A stretch of DNA of 64,000 bases. It comes from Xylographa opegraphella (Eukaryota). The translations under genes and the position numbers were made by a program. The number at the start of each line of letters is the position of its first letter. Position 1 is the first letter of the stretch. The notes under the pieces are model-generated. The model was not told the DNA's origin. It ran no database searches and saw only the letters and a program-made list of their open reading frames with translations. This document shows positions 1-13,600 of this stretch, in pieces. The DNA is taken from assembly GCA_022813865.1 (NCBI GenBank), contig JALDZX010000012.1, forward strand, positions 62,001 to 126,000, given 5' to 3'.

Positions 1-292
1 CTCATTGGTGGGGCAGACATCTGGAGACCCCTGCCCCACTTCACGGTACTGGGATATGCAGGGTCCGATGCAGCATTGGTAGAAGTATGCTCAGGTAACG
101 TAAGGCACCTAAGCTGTAGTGGTCGTCGAAAAACAGATTAGGTAGTTACCGTGGATTCCAAAGCTCATGCTGGCCTTATAGATAAGCTATAATACATTGT
201 TAACTATCGCTTATGCTTTTATATAAGACCTTAACGCCGTCTTATTGACCGCATTGTACAGCTTGGAGAAGTAGTCGAGTATCCAGAAATGC

Positions 293-1819
293 TCAAAGCT
301 CGATATTCTCAACAAAAGGCTCAAGGCGCTCCATGAGGTCTTCCTCGCTGAGTTCCTCGCCTTCCCATTGTTGCATGACAGCTCCAATTTGCTTTGGAGG
401 AATGAGCACGCTGCTGATAACGTGAATGACGCCATCTTTAGCTACGCCGTCTTGTACTGCCACGCGGCTGAAGCCGTTAATCTTGATATCGATAAGCCGA
501 CCATAACGAGCAATGTCGATGCTCAAGGAACGATCCTCGAGAAGAGTGGGGAGATCAACCTGGTCAGGTGTCAGTCAAGGAAGAAATTTAGGAAGATCAT
601 GCCTTACGTGAAAGTATCCTTTAGGAATGTTCGCTGCACCAGCGTCATCGGACGCTTCATACCAGTCCGAGTAGAGAGTCTTATTCGCGGCGACGTGGTA
701 CTTCAACAGAGCCTTGAGGTATTTGAGACCGAATCTGCTGAAGAGGAAACCATTGATTTTTGGGCCAAGCTTCTGGAAAGCAAAGTTTGACGGGGCGAAT
801 AACGTACCACCGACGTGAGTATCGGTATCGTTGATGGCTGCATCTAAGCCGGTTTTGACCAACGCAAGCTCAAGCGTGCTGAATTCGCCGGGCAATAATC
901 CGATTATAGTTGCGCTTTTTGGTGGTGGAAGAATCAGACTATCGACGCCGTGAATAACACCGTTACTTCCAAACTGGAAATGTCAGTCATCTCGGACGGG
1001 AAGTAATGATAGCGAACATACAATGTCGATTGCAACGACTCTGCTATAGAAATTGACTGTCAATCCTCTCAACCCGATATTGGTGCTCAATCTCTGGGCA
1101 GCTCCTCCCAGACGTTCTTCCAAAAGCAAGCTGGGGATTGTATGGGAGACCAAGACTCTGGCCGCCGGGTAGAAGTCAGCTGAGACGTGGTATGTCAGTA
1201 CCTTCTTGAGGACTTCCTTTGATGGCTTCGGGGCATGTTCGGGGATCTTCTCGAAGGCCTTGTCGGTTGGCGCGAAGACAGTGTAATTGGCGGTGGTGCC
1301 GTTAAGAAGTTCCACAAGGTCATCAAATTGGTTAATAAGACTCGCGAGTTTTGTAGTGTATTTGCTTGTGGCGATCAGCTCATAGACAGTCATGTTCGAC
1401 TTGTGGTGGGGTTTGTTTCCACGGTGAGGACCATGATGAGGTCTTTTGCGTCCAGGATGATCTGTATCATGATCTCCATGACCTTCATCCTCCTCACCCT
1501 TCGACTCGGATAGACTGTAGATACTATCCAGCCAGGCTTTCGTGTCAAAGTATGAAGCTTCGTTGAATGTTTGCTCAGCAGTGTCCACGGTTTCAGTGAA
1601 AGACTCGATGGCATTATCGAAAGCATTCTTGGAGCTGTCCACTACCCGGGAGAAAGTGTGCTCAAACTCTTTCACAAGCTGATCCTTTGAGGGAAGGGAG
1701 TCAAACACAGAGCCGGCAGACCGATGTGATTCGATCCCAACCTGGCTCATAATCTGCTCATCCGGGATGACGAGGGCGGTCGAAAGCGCCGCAAGCGGCA
1801 AAATATTGGAGAACCGCAT
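293..1819 (-). CDS. Secreted fasciclin (FAS1) domain protein, two FAS1 domains, 3 exons
   Basis: Signal peptide MRFSNILPLAALSTA. FAS1 motifs YTVFAPTDKAF, LTYHV, GTLFAPSNFAF, LLKYHV and DGVIHVISSVLIP are spread over three ORF pieces joined by GT..AG introns. Confidence 0.9.
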
Positions 1820-2412
1820 GTTTTACAGAGACTCTTATTGTAAATAGAAGATAAAGATCGGAAACGTCTTATGAGCCGGGTTGGAGACTCAAATATGTAG
1901 CGGAACTACGCGCGGCCTACGCCGCCTGAGCTGCCTACCATATGATGACGACTTCACTCCCAGGATGGAATCTAGCAAGTCGGAGTTTCAGCCCTCGGCC
2001 GATCCGACTCCGCCGCTAACGGGTATATTCTACTGTTCAGATTACTTCAGGTGGGCCGTCATGGCGAACTCAACCTAAAATACATGCATAGTAGGCCCTC
2101 TTGAAATATCAGTAATTAATCGAAGTGATGGTATTGGTGCTGGTGTACGAAAAATGGTTCTGTGTGAGGTACGGAGTAGTAGCCATCATATACTGAGGCG
2201 TAGCCACTACCCCACGCCAAGCATATCCCATCGGTCTAATGTATTTCCGATATTCGATCACAAGCAACCTAATATAGCTTTCGTAGGAGTCGCTCGTACT
2301 CCTCAACCACATATCTGAGGAGTAAATATGCTAGGAACGGCAGTGTACTAGTATAACTGGTGGTCCAGTGCTCTAGTCGGATATTTAATTGGTCTGGAGC
2401 ATTGCCTTCAGC

Positions 2413-3255
2413 ATGTCGTCGCCTATGCAGACAGCAACTTTACAGGCGGCCCTTCTGAATATCACATCGAGCATTATTGCTCAACTTCTTATTGCTTACC
2501 GAGGGTCCACCTTTGGCACTTCTTCTTCTGTTTTGAATCCTCTTGGTCTTAACTTCGTCGCAATCCTTCAATACCTCGCCTCCACTCTTCTGTTGACACC
2601 ACCAAACTTTAAATGGCAAGAGTACTTGGAGACAGCGTTCCCTGGTTATCCTGCCCAGAAAGGAAAGCAGAAAATGAAACTGGATGATGATGGAAAGGTA
2701 CCAGTGCCAAAATTTGAACTCACACAAAGGGTTTCACGCTGATGCTCGAAGCAGGACCTCATTGTTGAGCCGAAGCTGAATCTCAGGAACACGGCAATTA
2801 AGTTCACTCTTGATCAGACCGCCGGGGCAGCACTTAATACGAGTCTTTTCCTCGTCATCATAAAACTCCTAAGAGGCGGTACGCTAATGGACTGTATGGA
2901 GGCTATTCGTGAAGTATTGTTACCCCTCTATACTCTGCATTAGATATACAGTGTCTTTCTCGGCTTCTTTTCATGTCACAGCCGATGCATCACACCCTGT
3001 CTTCCTAAATATCCTTGAAATTCTGCTGACGGCGTGATCAATCTCCTAGGAATTCTGGCCGATTATGCTGGCAGGATACAAGCTGTGGCCGCTTGTAAGT
3101 TTGTTCAACTTCACAATTGTTCCAGGTGAGGATGTCCATAACAGCAAGTATCTTTCTCCAGCCTTACACGGTGTTTAGTGGAGAAGCGAGTCGTAGTGGG
3201 CAGCCTAGTGGGTCTTGGGTGGTCAACATTCTTGGCCTTGAAAACGGCTGCATGA
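2413..3255 (+). CDS. Mpv17/PMP22 family integral membrane protein, 4 exons
   Basis: Manual splice gives TPPNFKWQEYLE..FP, KLNLRNTAIKFTLDQT, FWPIMLAGYKLWPLVSLFNFTIVP and VVGSLVGLGW, all typical of the family. Confidence 0.85.
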
Positions 3256-3609
3256 TTGCACACCGAATGCCCTGAAGCTTCTCGGACTTCGTGAAACGAG
3301 CCCACTTGTGGACGCGAGGTACTTGGGAGAAGCATCCCAATAGACGTATGGCCCACGGTCGTGATAGAATCTTTTCGGGGAAACATCATATGATAGAGGT
3401 AGACTACATACTCTTTTAATTATCTTTCTGCCGACCATACTTGACAATTCTACTCACTGCCACCCCTAACATCGGCAATGTTTCCTTGGCCTTATGTCTC
3501 GGTTGAGCCTTCCCTGATACCAACAAGCTAGTAACCGCCTTACGATCCATTTACAACACCGCTCAACGCGTAAATGATCCTTCACGCCGCACCGCCAAGG
3601 TCAATTACG

Positions 3610-5895
3610 ATGTCACAAACTACTCCTTCCCGTCTGCGCCCGGATTTCCATCTCAATTTCACTCCTCTTCTAGGCTCTCCTACCCCATCATACCCAGTTT
3701 CTCCTGGTTTGACATCCCTTACAATACCCCGAGTCCCACCATTCGCAACAAACTACTCTCCATTTCGCTCCGCAGGATTGAAGCCTCCGACGCCTTATGG
3801 CGGTTCGGTACAGTTCAGTCCCAGACCGAGGCACAGTGAACGCGTCTGCCTTAATATGTCATGGATCCGCCCGAAGCGTCTCTACAGTAGCCGACTGTTG
3901 GTCTTAGTGATGATGACGATAGGGATATTGTGGTGGTGGAGAGCTGGACTGCATCATGAGCTTAAGATCGTGAGACTCGGGGCTAGTGAGTTTGGTTTTG
4001 GAGGTCAGCTCTTTGAGATGGAGGCTACAAAAGATCTGCAGTTTTTTCCGGCGGTCAATCCCAAAATCCATGTGAGCTCCAACTGTCATCTTAACAATAT
4101 CATCTCAGTTAATATGAAGTAGTATATTGGACGATGGACCCCTACTCCTAATCGACTTCGAATCGACGGGACATTTTCCGGTGCGCCGGAGAAGATCCTC
4201 GTTCTGACTCACTACTGATCATGTTATCTAGGAGTATACTTTGATCTCAATGTGGTCAACACAACAACGGTCTTCTTGTCCCTCCGTAACGCCCCAACGA
4301 CTCAAGATCTTGCGCCACCATCAGCATTGTCAACTAAGGCTAATCAGAAACCAGCTATCAATGTGAAACCTGGTCACTTGTCCTTCCGTCATTCTCCTCT
4401 ATTGGATATACCGGCGCCCCCTGTATCACTTTTAGCACGGGTCGACCAAGAGGAATATGTTCTTCTCCCAAATTCGTCTCTACTTGTTAGCATTCGCGAT
4501 AATGACCTTGATCCGCATCTTGAACATCGGATTCGTGTAATTGTACCATTGATGGATGACGATGGCAATGGGGTTATCCAACTGGAAGGTGTATGGCTTA
4601 GCAAATATGGCAGACTCGCCCGTGTCAAAGGTTCTTTACTTGATGAAGACTTGGCAGACGAGGACTCCCTATATGCAGAAAGCGCAAAAGTTGGAGCGAA
4701 GCATCAGGAGGAGCTTAAAGAGCTATTGAGAAGCAACCTTCCAGATAATTCGGAGGACCTTAAAGAGGAGGAATCCGAAAGTGTAACATTCTCTTTGGAG
4801 TACAGGAAGAAGATACTAGAGATTATTACAGATGCTCCAGGTTCTCCATGCGGAAGGAACAGAGGCAAGCGAAAAGGAGGCTCTGAAGGCTTGCTAGCTG
4901 GAGTCATGGGCTGGGAGTATTTACTTGGAGAGATGTTTGGTGTTGATCATGTTGCAGTCGGCGTCGATGGAATGTGTTTGACACAAGATTGTATCGGTGC
5001 TGTTGGAACTCCTTCTGGGTTAGGAGACGTGTTCTTTCGAAGGTGTGTTTGGCCACGACTTAACTTCTTGTATGCTGTTTAGCTGACAGCTCAATTATGC
5101 AGCGGGCCTCCCCAATCTGCGTATTTTGAGCATCCTTGGATGTTTCATTCCTACATACCCGATGTCTTGGTTGGTAGTCATCAATATCTTCACACGTGCC
5201 TCTCACTTACACCTTAGTAGGTACTCAACTTGGGATCATCTGATGCTGCCTCTTTTGCGGCACATGAGTCTGAGTATACTAAGAGTGCTTGGGATCTCTC
5301 AGCAGCTTTTGAGGATACCTATGTATCGCTTGTACGAGCCCTTCGGCAACTAGCCTATCCAAAGCATCCCGCTGTTGTTCATAGCGAACGAACGACCTCC
5401 TCAGGCATTGTTTCCCCAGGAACACCTGCTGTAATTCCTATCTTCATCATGCGCCCTTTCCGCGGTGAACTTGAGCATGCTACTCAAGGGGTAGTATCTA
5501 GACTTAGAGCCGATGGAGACAAAGCAGTGTTCTGGCTAGACACATCTGGCTGGCTCGCAGACGTTGATGATGAAACCGACAATGAAGACTTTTACATCGA
5601 CGATACTGTCACCCCACCAGTCTGGAGACTGACTGAGCAGGGTAATCAGAGAGTTGCAATCTTTCTTCACGTGCACGTATGCCGATATCTGGCAGACCTG
5701 GGAGACAAGTGTGCTTTTCTACCCCCTAACGTCTACCAGGGAAAGGTTTTTGATCCGGAAGCGGCAAACTTGGATCGGTATCTCGAAAACGATAAAGAGA
5801 AGAAACTTAAAGAGCTGTTTTGGGAAACCAGCAACGAAAAGTTCATTGACGTGCCATCTGTCAGGCCACCAGACGATGGGGCACATGGGAGCTGA
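3610..5895 (+). CDS. Conserved fungal type II membrane protein with CE2/SGNH-like fold (catalytic motif degenerate)
   Basis: Pro/Ser-rich N-terminus, one TM segment (LLVLVMMTIGILWWW), NPKIHYIGRW, then SGNH-like blocks (LEIITD, VLVLNLGSSD, IFIMRPF, LTEQGNQRVA). Four introns. An alternative ATG lies at 3574. Confidence 0.65.
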
Positions 5896-6572
5896 GAAAG
5901 CTAATTTGGGGTTCAGGAAATGTAGGTGTTTGAGGCATGATCTGCGTGGAAACTGTGGAGTGTAGCGGTTTTCATCATGTGCATGATACTCTGTAGTGTA
6001 GCACAATATTGCAGAGCTTACTCTATATATATTTAACGAAGTCTCACAGTACTTACAGGATGCATAACAAGTGTGATTCAACTTATCAAAATGCCACTCA
6101 AGAATATCCAATCTGTCTTTCCCAAATTGTGCATTTCAGATGCTACAAAGCTAGTCCAATGCTCAAGCCTCAGTGGAGCCCTGGAAGCCCTCGGATAACG
6201 ATAGTCTAGGCTGTATACGGCTTAGACTAGCCGACTGACAAAAGAATCCCATGGCGGTGTCATCCGGATTATTTCGAGATTCAGACAAGTGCTCGATTAC
6301 TCGTTCCTTCTGGAGACAGCCTGCTCTAACAAGCCTGTCCTCAAACAATCGCATCCCTGTATAGCCATGGAATGAGGCGCTCACCTGTCACGCTCGTTTT
6401 GTATAAGGAAGACCTTGCAATTGAACATATGGAGATAAAACCAATACCACAAGTTCATAAGTTTAATAGGAGGAGCAGCGGAATACTTGGGGGAAACAAA
6501 ACTCGAAACTTCAGGCTTACAGACTGCTAAGGTAGACTGCTCACTGCAGCATATGTTCTAACTGGCGCCGTG

Positions 6573-8371
6573 ATGAAGCTGTCAAGACCATCTGCCAGTG
6601 ATCGCCGCAAGTCATCCACTCCTCATTACCACACCTTTCCTACTGCGCCGCCGAAAACAAAAGGACGCCCGCCTTCAAGCTCCCCACCTTCATCGCATAC
6701 TGGCAGAGGGCATGCACGTCAAGGCTCAAATGACTCAAATCACAACCAATCGCCGTTACCTACACGGCAGCTGTTAGTACTTGCTGTTATTGCGCTATCA
6801 GAACAGACAGCTCTCAACTCTATAAGTCCATACCTTCCAGAAATGACATCCAGCTTCCCAGAAGTTGACCCGAGTCGGGTGGGGCTTTATGTAGGGACAA
6901 TTGCGTCCTCATATGCGCTTGCCCAATTTACAACAGGGTACTTCTGGGGTTGGTGTTCGGATAAGGTGGGAAGAAAACCTATTGTTTTGACAGGCACTCT
7001 ATTAACAGCTGTTGGATTCGTCGCGTTCGGTTTCTGCAGAACGCTTTGGCAGGCGGTTCTGGTGCAAATATTCATGGGACTGGTTAACGGAAACCAGGGG
7101 ATTATCTCAACATGTCTCGGCGAGATCACGGATCGGAGCAATCAGTCGAAAGCTTTTACATATTTGCCTGTCATTTACGGCATCGGGGGAATCACTGGAC
7201 CAATCGTTGGAGGTCTCCTCTCCAAAAAAACATCGGCGGAAGGAACAATTGGGTCATCGTACCCATACCTAGCACCAAATCTATTCTCAGCGGCAGTTCT
7301 TATCGTGGACCTCACGATTACCATGATCTTCTTGGAGGAAAGTCTTGACGAAGCTAGAGATCTCCCCCCACTGGGGAAGCGAGTTGGGAGCCTTTTCAGC
7401 TGGGTTTGGCAATTCGCAAGTTCAAGCCGCCCGAGTTATCTCCGGCGTAAGAAGAATCATAGCCACTCGCACGTCTCGGGCGATGCCACTGTAGAGGAAG
7501 AAGAGGATGATAATGACGATGACGACAACTCCGACTTCGAAACTGCTTCTCACACTTCAGCGCCGACTTTACTTCCTCACAATACCAGTGATCTCACAAG
7601 AAAACACATTTTCAGAAGAGATACTATTCTACTTTTAGTCACATACCTTGTTTTTCAGCTATCAAATATATCCTATAATTCTTTATACCCGATCTTCGCG
7701 CAAGCTCCGCCTCCGACAGGCAGAAATCTCTCACCAGAAGAGATAGGTCTATCTTTAGCTTTTGCAGGAGTCGTAACAATTCTTTTTCAAATTGGTATCT
7801 TTGGTAGGTTACGTGAGAAGATTGGCAATAGAACAACCTACCGGGCATCTATTGGGGGCTTTGTACTTGCTTTCCTATTGATGCCTTGGATCGGCTACAA
7901 AGATGCAGACATCGGGGTTCGCGCTGCATCAAAAGGCAAAATATGGCTGTGGGTTGAGTTAGGATTTGTCCTCCTGGTCAAAACTCTTGCTGCAGTCAGT
8001 GGACTGACCAGTGCACTTTTACTAGTAAGTCTGTCTAATTGATAACTGCTCTTACATATACATTCTAAGGACGGTAGATTACCAATTCCGCCCCCAATCA
8101 TTCCGTCTTAGGGACCCTAAATGGACTTGCTCAGACTCTTTCCGCAGCTGGACGTGCTGTAGGGCCATTCTTATCCGGTGGTCTGTTTTCAATAGCCACT
8201 AAAGTCCACCCTAAAGGCGAAGCCCTAGCCTTTGGGGTCTTTGGAGGTATAGCATTTCTAGGCTTCCTCGGTAGCTTTGGAATTCGTGGAAGTGACCTGG
8301 AAGACGAGTCCTGGGATGAGGAAGGTGGAAGCGATGGCGAGGATGATGAAGAAGAAACTCGTTCTCAATAA
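6573..8371 (+). CDS. Major facilitator superfamily transporter (12-TM, ZIF/YCR023C-like)
   Basis: Motif A WGWCSDKVGRKP, GLVNGN..STCLGEITDRSNQ and an acidic central loop. Intron 8025-8077, then ITNSAP..LGTLNGLAQTLSAAGRAVGP to TAA at 8369-8371. Confidence 0.9.
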
Positions 8372-8845
8372 CTACTTCAAAAGAGCCAATTGCAGATCTG
8401 GCCATAGAACTCATTTGCTATATGCTATACTAGAGTCTTGTAGCGGCGGGACGGCGTTTTTAACGTGAAATGCCATAACTAGGTGGAATCCTGTGAGTAC
8501 TATATTTCATGTCTCTATGACGATGTTGGAAGGTTTAGATAATGAACCCAAATAAGGGATACAATGCTACATCTTGAAAGTATTCGACTTTATCGATAGT
8601 GATCATGTACTCCGACAACAGGCTTTATCTGTATGTCGCACGATTGCTGGTTTATGTTGCATAACACGTATTTGTGTGCTATCATTTAGGCCAGGTCCGA
8701 GAACGAGGACCATCTTTCTGTTTGCATTAAGCTTACCCTAAGTGGATGAGTGGTACGCGAAGTCCAACGTCACAGCACACTGCCATCTCTCGATCCTTAT
8801 CAACACTCGAATTTACGAGTCTCCAGACCTGATTGCCTGTGCGTC

Positions 8846-10648
8846 ATGATCTTCTTACCATCATCTCGTCGCCATCTTCTGTCGGCAGTTGCTATACTTG
8901 CCCTAATCTTAATCTGGCGGTCGAGTTCGAGAGTCCCTACATCAATTTCGGCGCTTGTCCTTCATCAACCCAAAGCGCCACCTGTAGGTATCCATGTCCC
9001 AATTAGGGATCTCAAGCACCATTTCCTCCCATTGGCTAATACCTCTGCCAATCACCTCTCACCACCCAGTCAATATTTCTATGGCTCGCGCAAGGATGCC
9101 CACCCGCAGTCCTCGAATGGCACGTTTGAGGAAGCGTTATGGTCGCAGCCAATACTGAATCCCCAGTTAGAGGTCTTGTGGCGGTGCCCAGTGCAGGCAA
9201 ACAGATTCACCAATCATATCCGACTTCCCAATATCATTCAAAACATCTCGCAGGTCCCGCCTCACCCGGCCAAGCTCGAGACAAGGATTTTCTGGAACCC
9301 TACTATCATTGCCCTGCCATATTGGTCTGAGAACCAGTACCTGGTAGTCAGCAGGATTGTCACTGATGGGAATCATCAAGAGAATGTTATCTGTGAAGCC
9401 AATATATGCTATACCGGGTCCAGCGACAATATACACCCTGGGGAGAAGCCATGCACAGATGAGGACCTGCAGTATCTTGGTCCTTCCGGGGGTCTCAGAT
9501 GTGCCGCAACTCCGGAACGTCTCAGTGTCCCACCTACTCCTGCGGAACGATGCGAGGGAAAGTTTGGGACATATGTGGATATACCTGGTTTCCATGATCC
9601 ACGAATCTTTTACAGCGGGAAAGGCGAGCCTTTGATGATGGTGAATACACAGTAAGCTCTATTTCTTGGTGTCTCCGGTACGTGATGCGAGACTAAGATC
9701 CTCAGATCTCGGTATGCCTGCTTTGGGTTGTGGCTGATCGACCTTCGATCTCTAAATCAACACTTACCTTCATTGCTTTCTTCTTCGCCCAAACACCTCT
9801 CCCTTGGTCCCCTGAAATCATATCCATCACTCACGGAATTGACACGCAATCCGCCCTCGACACGCTCTCCGATTGAGAAGAACTGGATGCTCTTCTATCC
9901 CGAGTCCGGAGAAACTTTCATTCACTACGATATCTCCAACCCCCAATATCCGCTTAGAGGACGCACCTTCGCCAAGGTCATTGGAGACGGCTTGACCACT
10001 ACGAATCTGACCGACCCACTGGAGATCCCCTGCATCCCCGACATTCCAGCAAACGAGCCCGACGCAGTCAAGCGAGGCGGGACATGGCATCAGGCCACCA
10101 ACGCTCTGCGTCTGGTGCTGTGCGACCGCGCGGACAAGAAGTGCAAGCGCACGCCGCACAACACCGTCTTCTTCGCCATCATCCACCGCAAACACCCCAA
10201 CTTCCTCCACCTCCCGCTCCGGTACGAGCGCTACTTCATCGTCTGGGGCGCCAGCCCGGCGTACGGCATGTACGGCATCTCGGCACACCCCATCCTCATG
10301 GCCAACGAGACGGCGAGCGGCTGGCCCATGGACGAGAACTGGGACGACGATCCGACCAATGCAGCGACCGTGGCCGCGCACAAAAGCATCTACGGCGCGA
10401 ACTCGACGGACCCCCACGGCGGGAAGAGGTACTGGGCGTATTTCACCTACACGGTCAGCATCGCGTGGGCGTGGGGCCGGGAGGTGGAGGCGGCGGACAT
10501 GAATGTGGGGTACTTGGATGACGAGGTCGTGCTGGCGATTGGCATCGACGACAAGGCTCAGGGCATGGCGCGCGTCACGGCCCGGGATCTGCTGCAGTGC
10601 ATGAGGGCGTGTCCTGGCCGAGCGCGGTTCGGCGGCAAGGACGGGTAG
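8846..10648 (+). CDS. Type II membrane protein, putative five-bladed beta-propeller glycosyltransferase/phosphorylase-like (GT91/GH130-like), 2 exons
   Basis: N-terminal anchor LLSAVAILALILIW; FWNPTII, GFHDPRIF and IEKNWMLF motifs; intron 9652-9705. The CDS is clear, the function is tentative. Confidence 0.6.
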
Positions 10649-13600
10649 ACTGGGTGTACGCTTCTAAGTTGGGTGTAGTTGTATGTCTAGACAGAGGAAT
10701 GTGCTTGATAGCTAGCTAGGCGAACAGAAACGCCGCATTCACTCAATTCCCAGGTTCCAGCGGATTGGATACTTGTGCTGCTGCTTTATGAAACTATGTG
10801 CAAATCGGCGTGTGGAGAGATGTTCGATGGATGTAGATGAGGCTTAAAGCGAGCGGCGGAGGAGCTTCGCGTGGAAGCCTTTCTACGGGCCAGGAAGGCC
10901 AGAACTGCATGGAGACCTGAGCTCTCTGCTATATGGCTTGTGCTCGCGTGCACCTGACGGTGGTTGATACGGGCTGTACGAGGTGCCAATGCCGGCGGTC
11001 TCGCACGCGAAGACTGGACCGAAGTCATGTTCCAGCGATGATGGCACCCGAGAGACCGGATGGAAAGCGGGAGGGTAGGGCTCCGAGCTCCGAGTCACGG
11101 CCGTGGTGTAGGACACGGGGAAATGCCGTTGGGTGCATTTGATTTCAGAGTCACGGAAAATGTGTAGGCCGTGGGAGAATCTCGTTGGGTGCTTTTGATT
11201 AGTTACATTGGCTTTGATGAAGCAGGACATGATTGTGGTCATGGCTTCAAGATGATGGCTGCACCGTGGCGGCCTTGTGCCTGTGGGTTGATACAAAGGG
11301 CAGGAGAACGAGGTTGAGTGCATTGCCAAGTGCTGTCAGTCAGCTGGAGGATGAATGCATGCCAAAAGCGGAAGATCGTAAACAGCTAATTGCGTCACAG
11401 ATGACGGCCGAACTACAAGACTATTGCTTGTGGAGAGAGATGGAGGCCAAACCATGGTTGTAATGCAACGCAGTGGAGAGAATAATTTCCTTGAAATATT
11501 GGCTGCAAGTGCGTAGCACACTGTGGACAACCCATGCACTCACGCTGCCTCCATTGGAAACTTCTTTCACATTGCACGTGTTTGACGTTTTCAATGGATA
11601 AGACAAGGAATGAACATTGGTGATGTAGCAGTATTGCCCGCAGATATGAAGGGCGACTGGTGGCTTTTTTCCGAACAGTGTGCCACTGCTTCATGGGCTT
11701 CCCCTCGAGATCCAGCACACCCGGTCTGCTCCGGCTGCGCGAATCGAACGAAGCAGCGTTGACATGGAGAGTCAGGCGGATCGAAGGACGCAAGAGCAAG
11801 CGCGATGCTGGCACAAGCAGTCACAGCCGGTGAGGAACGGCCTCTGCTTCCGCTCGGGCTTCGAGGCACCCATGGTGGGAGAACAAAGGGAAGGCAGATC
11901 GATGGAATGTGCGATGATAGATCTCAGAGGGCTCGATCCGGGCAGAGACGGTTATGAGGCGACGACGAGGTGAGGCTGTTCACCGTTCATCAGCGGCTGC
12001 GAGTCTGGCCTCTCCGCAGGCGGTGACACTACCACTAATTGGCCGCACCCGCTGTCAGTTTTCCTCCGTTGGTGCATGCACGAGCAAGCGCATGCATTCT
12101 TGTTCGCTCACGTGCGTTACATCGCGTGCCCCCGGGGCCAGGAGAGCGATCCCCTTCGAGAGCACGGCTAGCCTGTTCTGGGAGGGGAGGACGACTTGAA
12201 AATGGGCGTGGTTGTTTCTGCGTCTTTCCTCGTGCAGAAGTGGTGCGGACCGGAAGCAGAGGGCAGAATCCGGGGGACGGTGATGCACGTCCGTGGTGTG
12301 ATGGGGAGCGGTGCATTGCAGTTGCAGTCGCAGTTTGCAGTTCTGACTTCACTGGGCCCGCTGCGCCAGAAAGAGCAGCTCAATCGGCAATTGTCCGTAC
12401 ATATCTCCCAAGCGGCAAGCATCATCAGATGGCATTGAGGGCATGGGGAAAGGTCTCGGACGCTAGTTGGCCCGACGGTGGCGGCGATCCTCGGACCCTG
12501 GCTGCTGTCGTCGATCACGCGCTGGCTCCAGCCCTGATCCTAGCGTCGATCTTGATGTTCGGGTCGGCGTACAGCTCTACTACCGTAAGGTACCTTACCA
12601 TAATAAGTTACTAGTGGACGTCCAGACCCCACTTGAGCCAGATGTGGACGGAGCAAATAATACGTAGATGTAAAGGTAGATTACCTTACCTAATACAGGA
12701 TCAGAAGTCTACATACCTACGCAGCCACAACATCTACTTCGCTCTCAACAAAAGCTTCAATGATCCTTCCGGCCAAATGAAGCACTGCTGAACCAGGTCA
12801 AGACTTACACATACACAAGAGCCCCTCATGTACATTATGCGTGGCTCTCAACCGTCTACGGCTTGAAAAACCGTGCACCGGCCCCAAGCACCCTTCGTCA
12901 ACGCTCAAACCTCCTCGCCTAGATCTGGCGGAGCTCTTGTACGTGTCCCCATCCCCCGTTCGCTTAGTGGAGATGAACTGATCGATCTCGGGCGTTTCAT
13001 AAACGTTCCTGTCCCGCATCGATCTATCGACCCATGGGAATAGTCCACAGATCTCGAGGTCAAAGCCTTTTCGCCTGCTGACCACGCTTGTAGTCATCGC
13101 CGCAGCACCGAACACGAACCGTTCGTGTGCAGGCAACATATGCGCCGCGAATCTACTCGTAGCCGGGCTTGGAATCGTGCCGGGATCAAATGAACCGGAC
13201 GTTGACCAGCCGCTCGAATTAGGTGGATATAAAGGAGGTGAAGTGCTGGAGTCGGGCTCGGCTTGACGGCAGCATTGGGACACCGGTAGTCTAGATGGAC
13301 AACAACTACCGATGAACGCCACCATGCTCCATGCAGGAAACCAAAGGCTACTCCGTACCTCGTATCATAGAGAAGCGGAATAGCTATGATCAATCGGACG
13401 ACGTGAGAGTGAGAGAAATCCAATAGATGGAAGTGTTAAAAAGGAGATTTGATCACAATCTGTAATGTGGGTGAGCTTAGCAGATCTGCTTCGTACACTA
13501 TAACCCATTGGTGCCTGATCGTCGCCTCCGGCAATTCCGCCCCTCCAGAGCGGAGGCTTCTGGGGAACTTTTACCGCTCCGCAAGGTCAACACCAGGCTA

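Noticed and set aside
9827..10521. Long antisense and alternate-frame ORFs over the GT91-like gene (likewise over other CDSs)
   Set aside because: By-products of high GC3 codon bias in the real gene.
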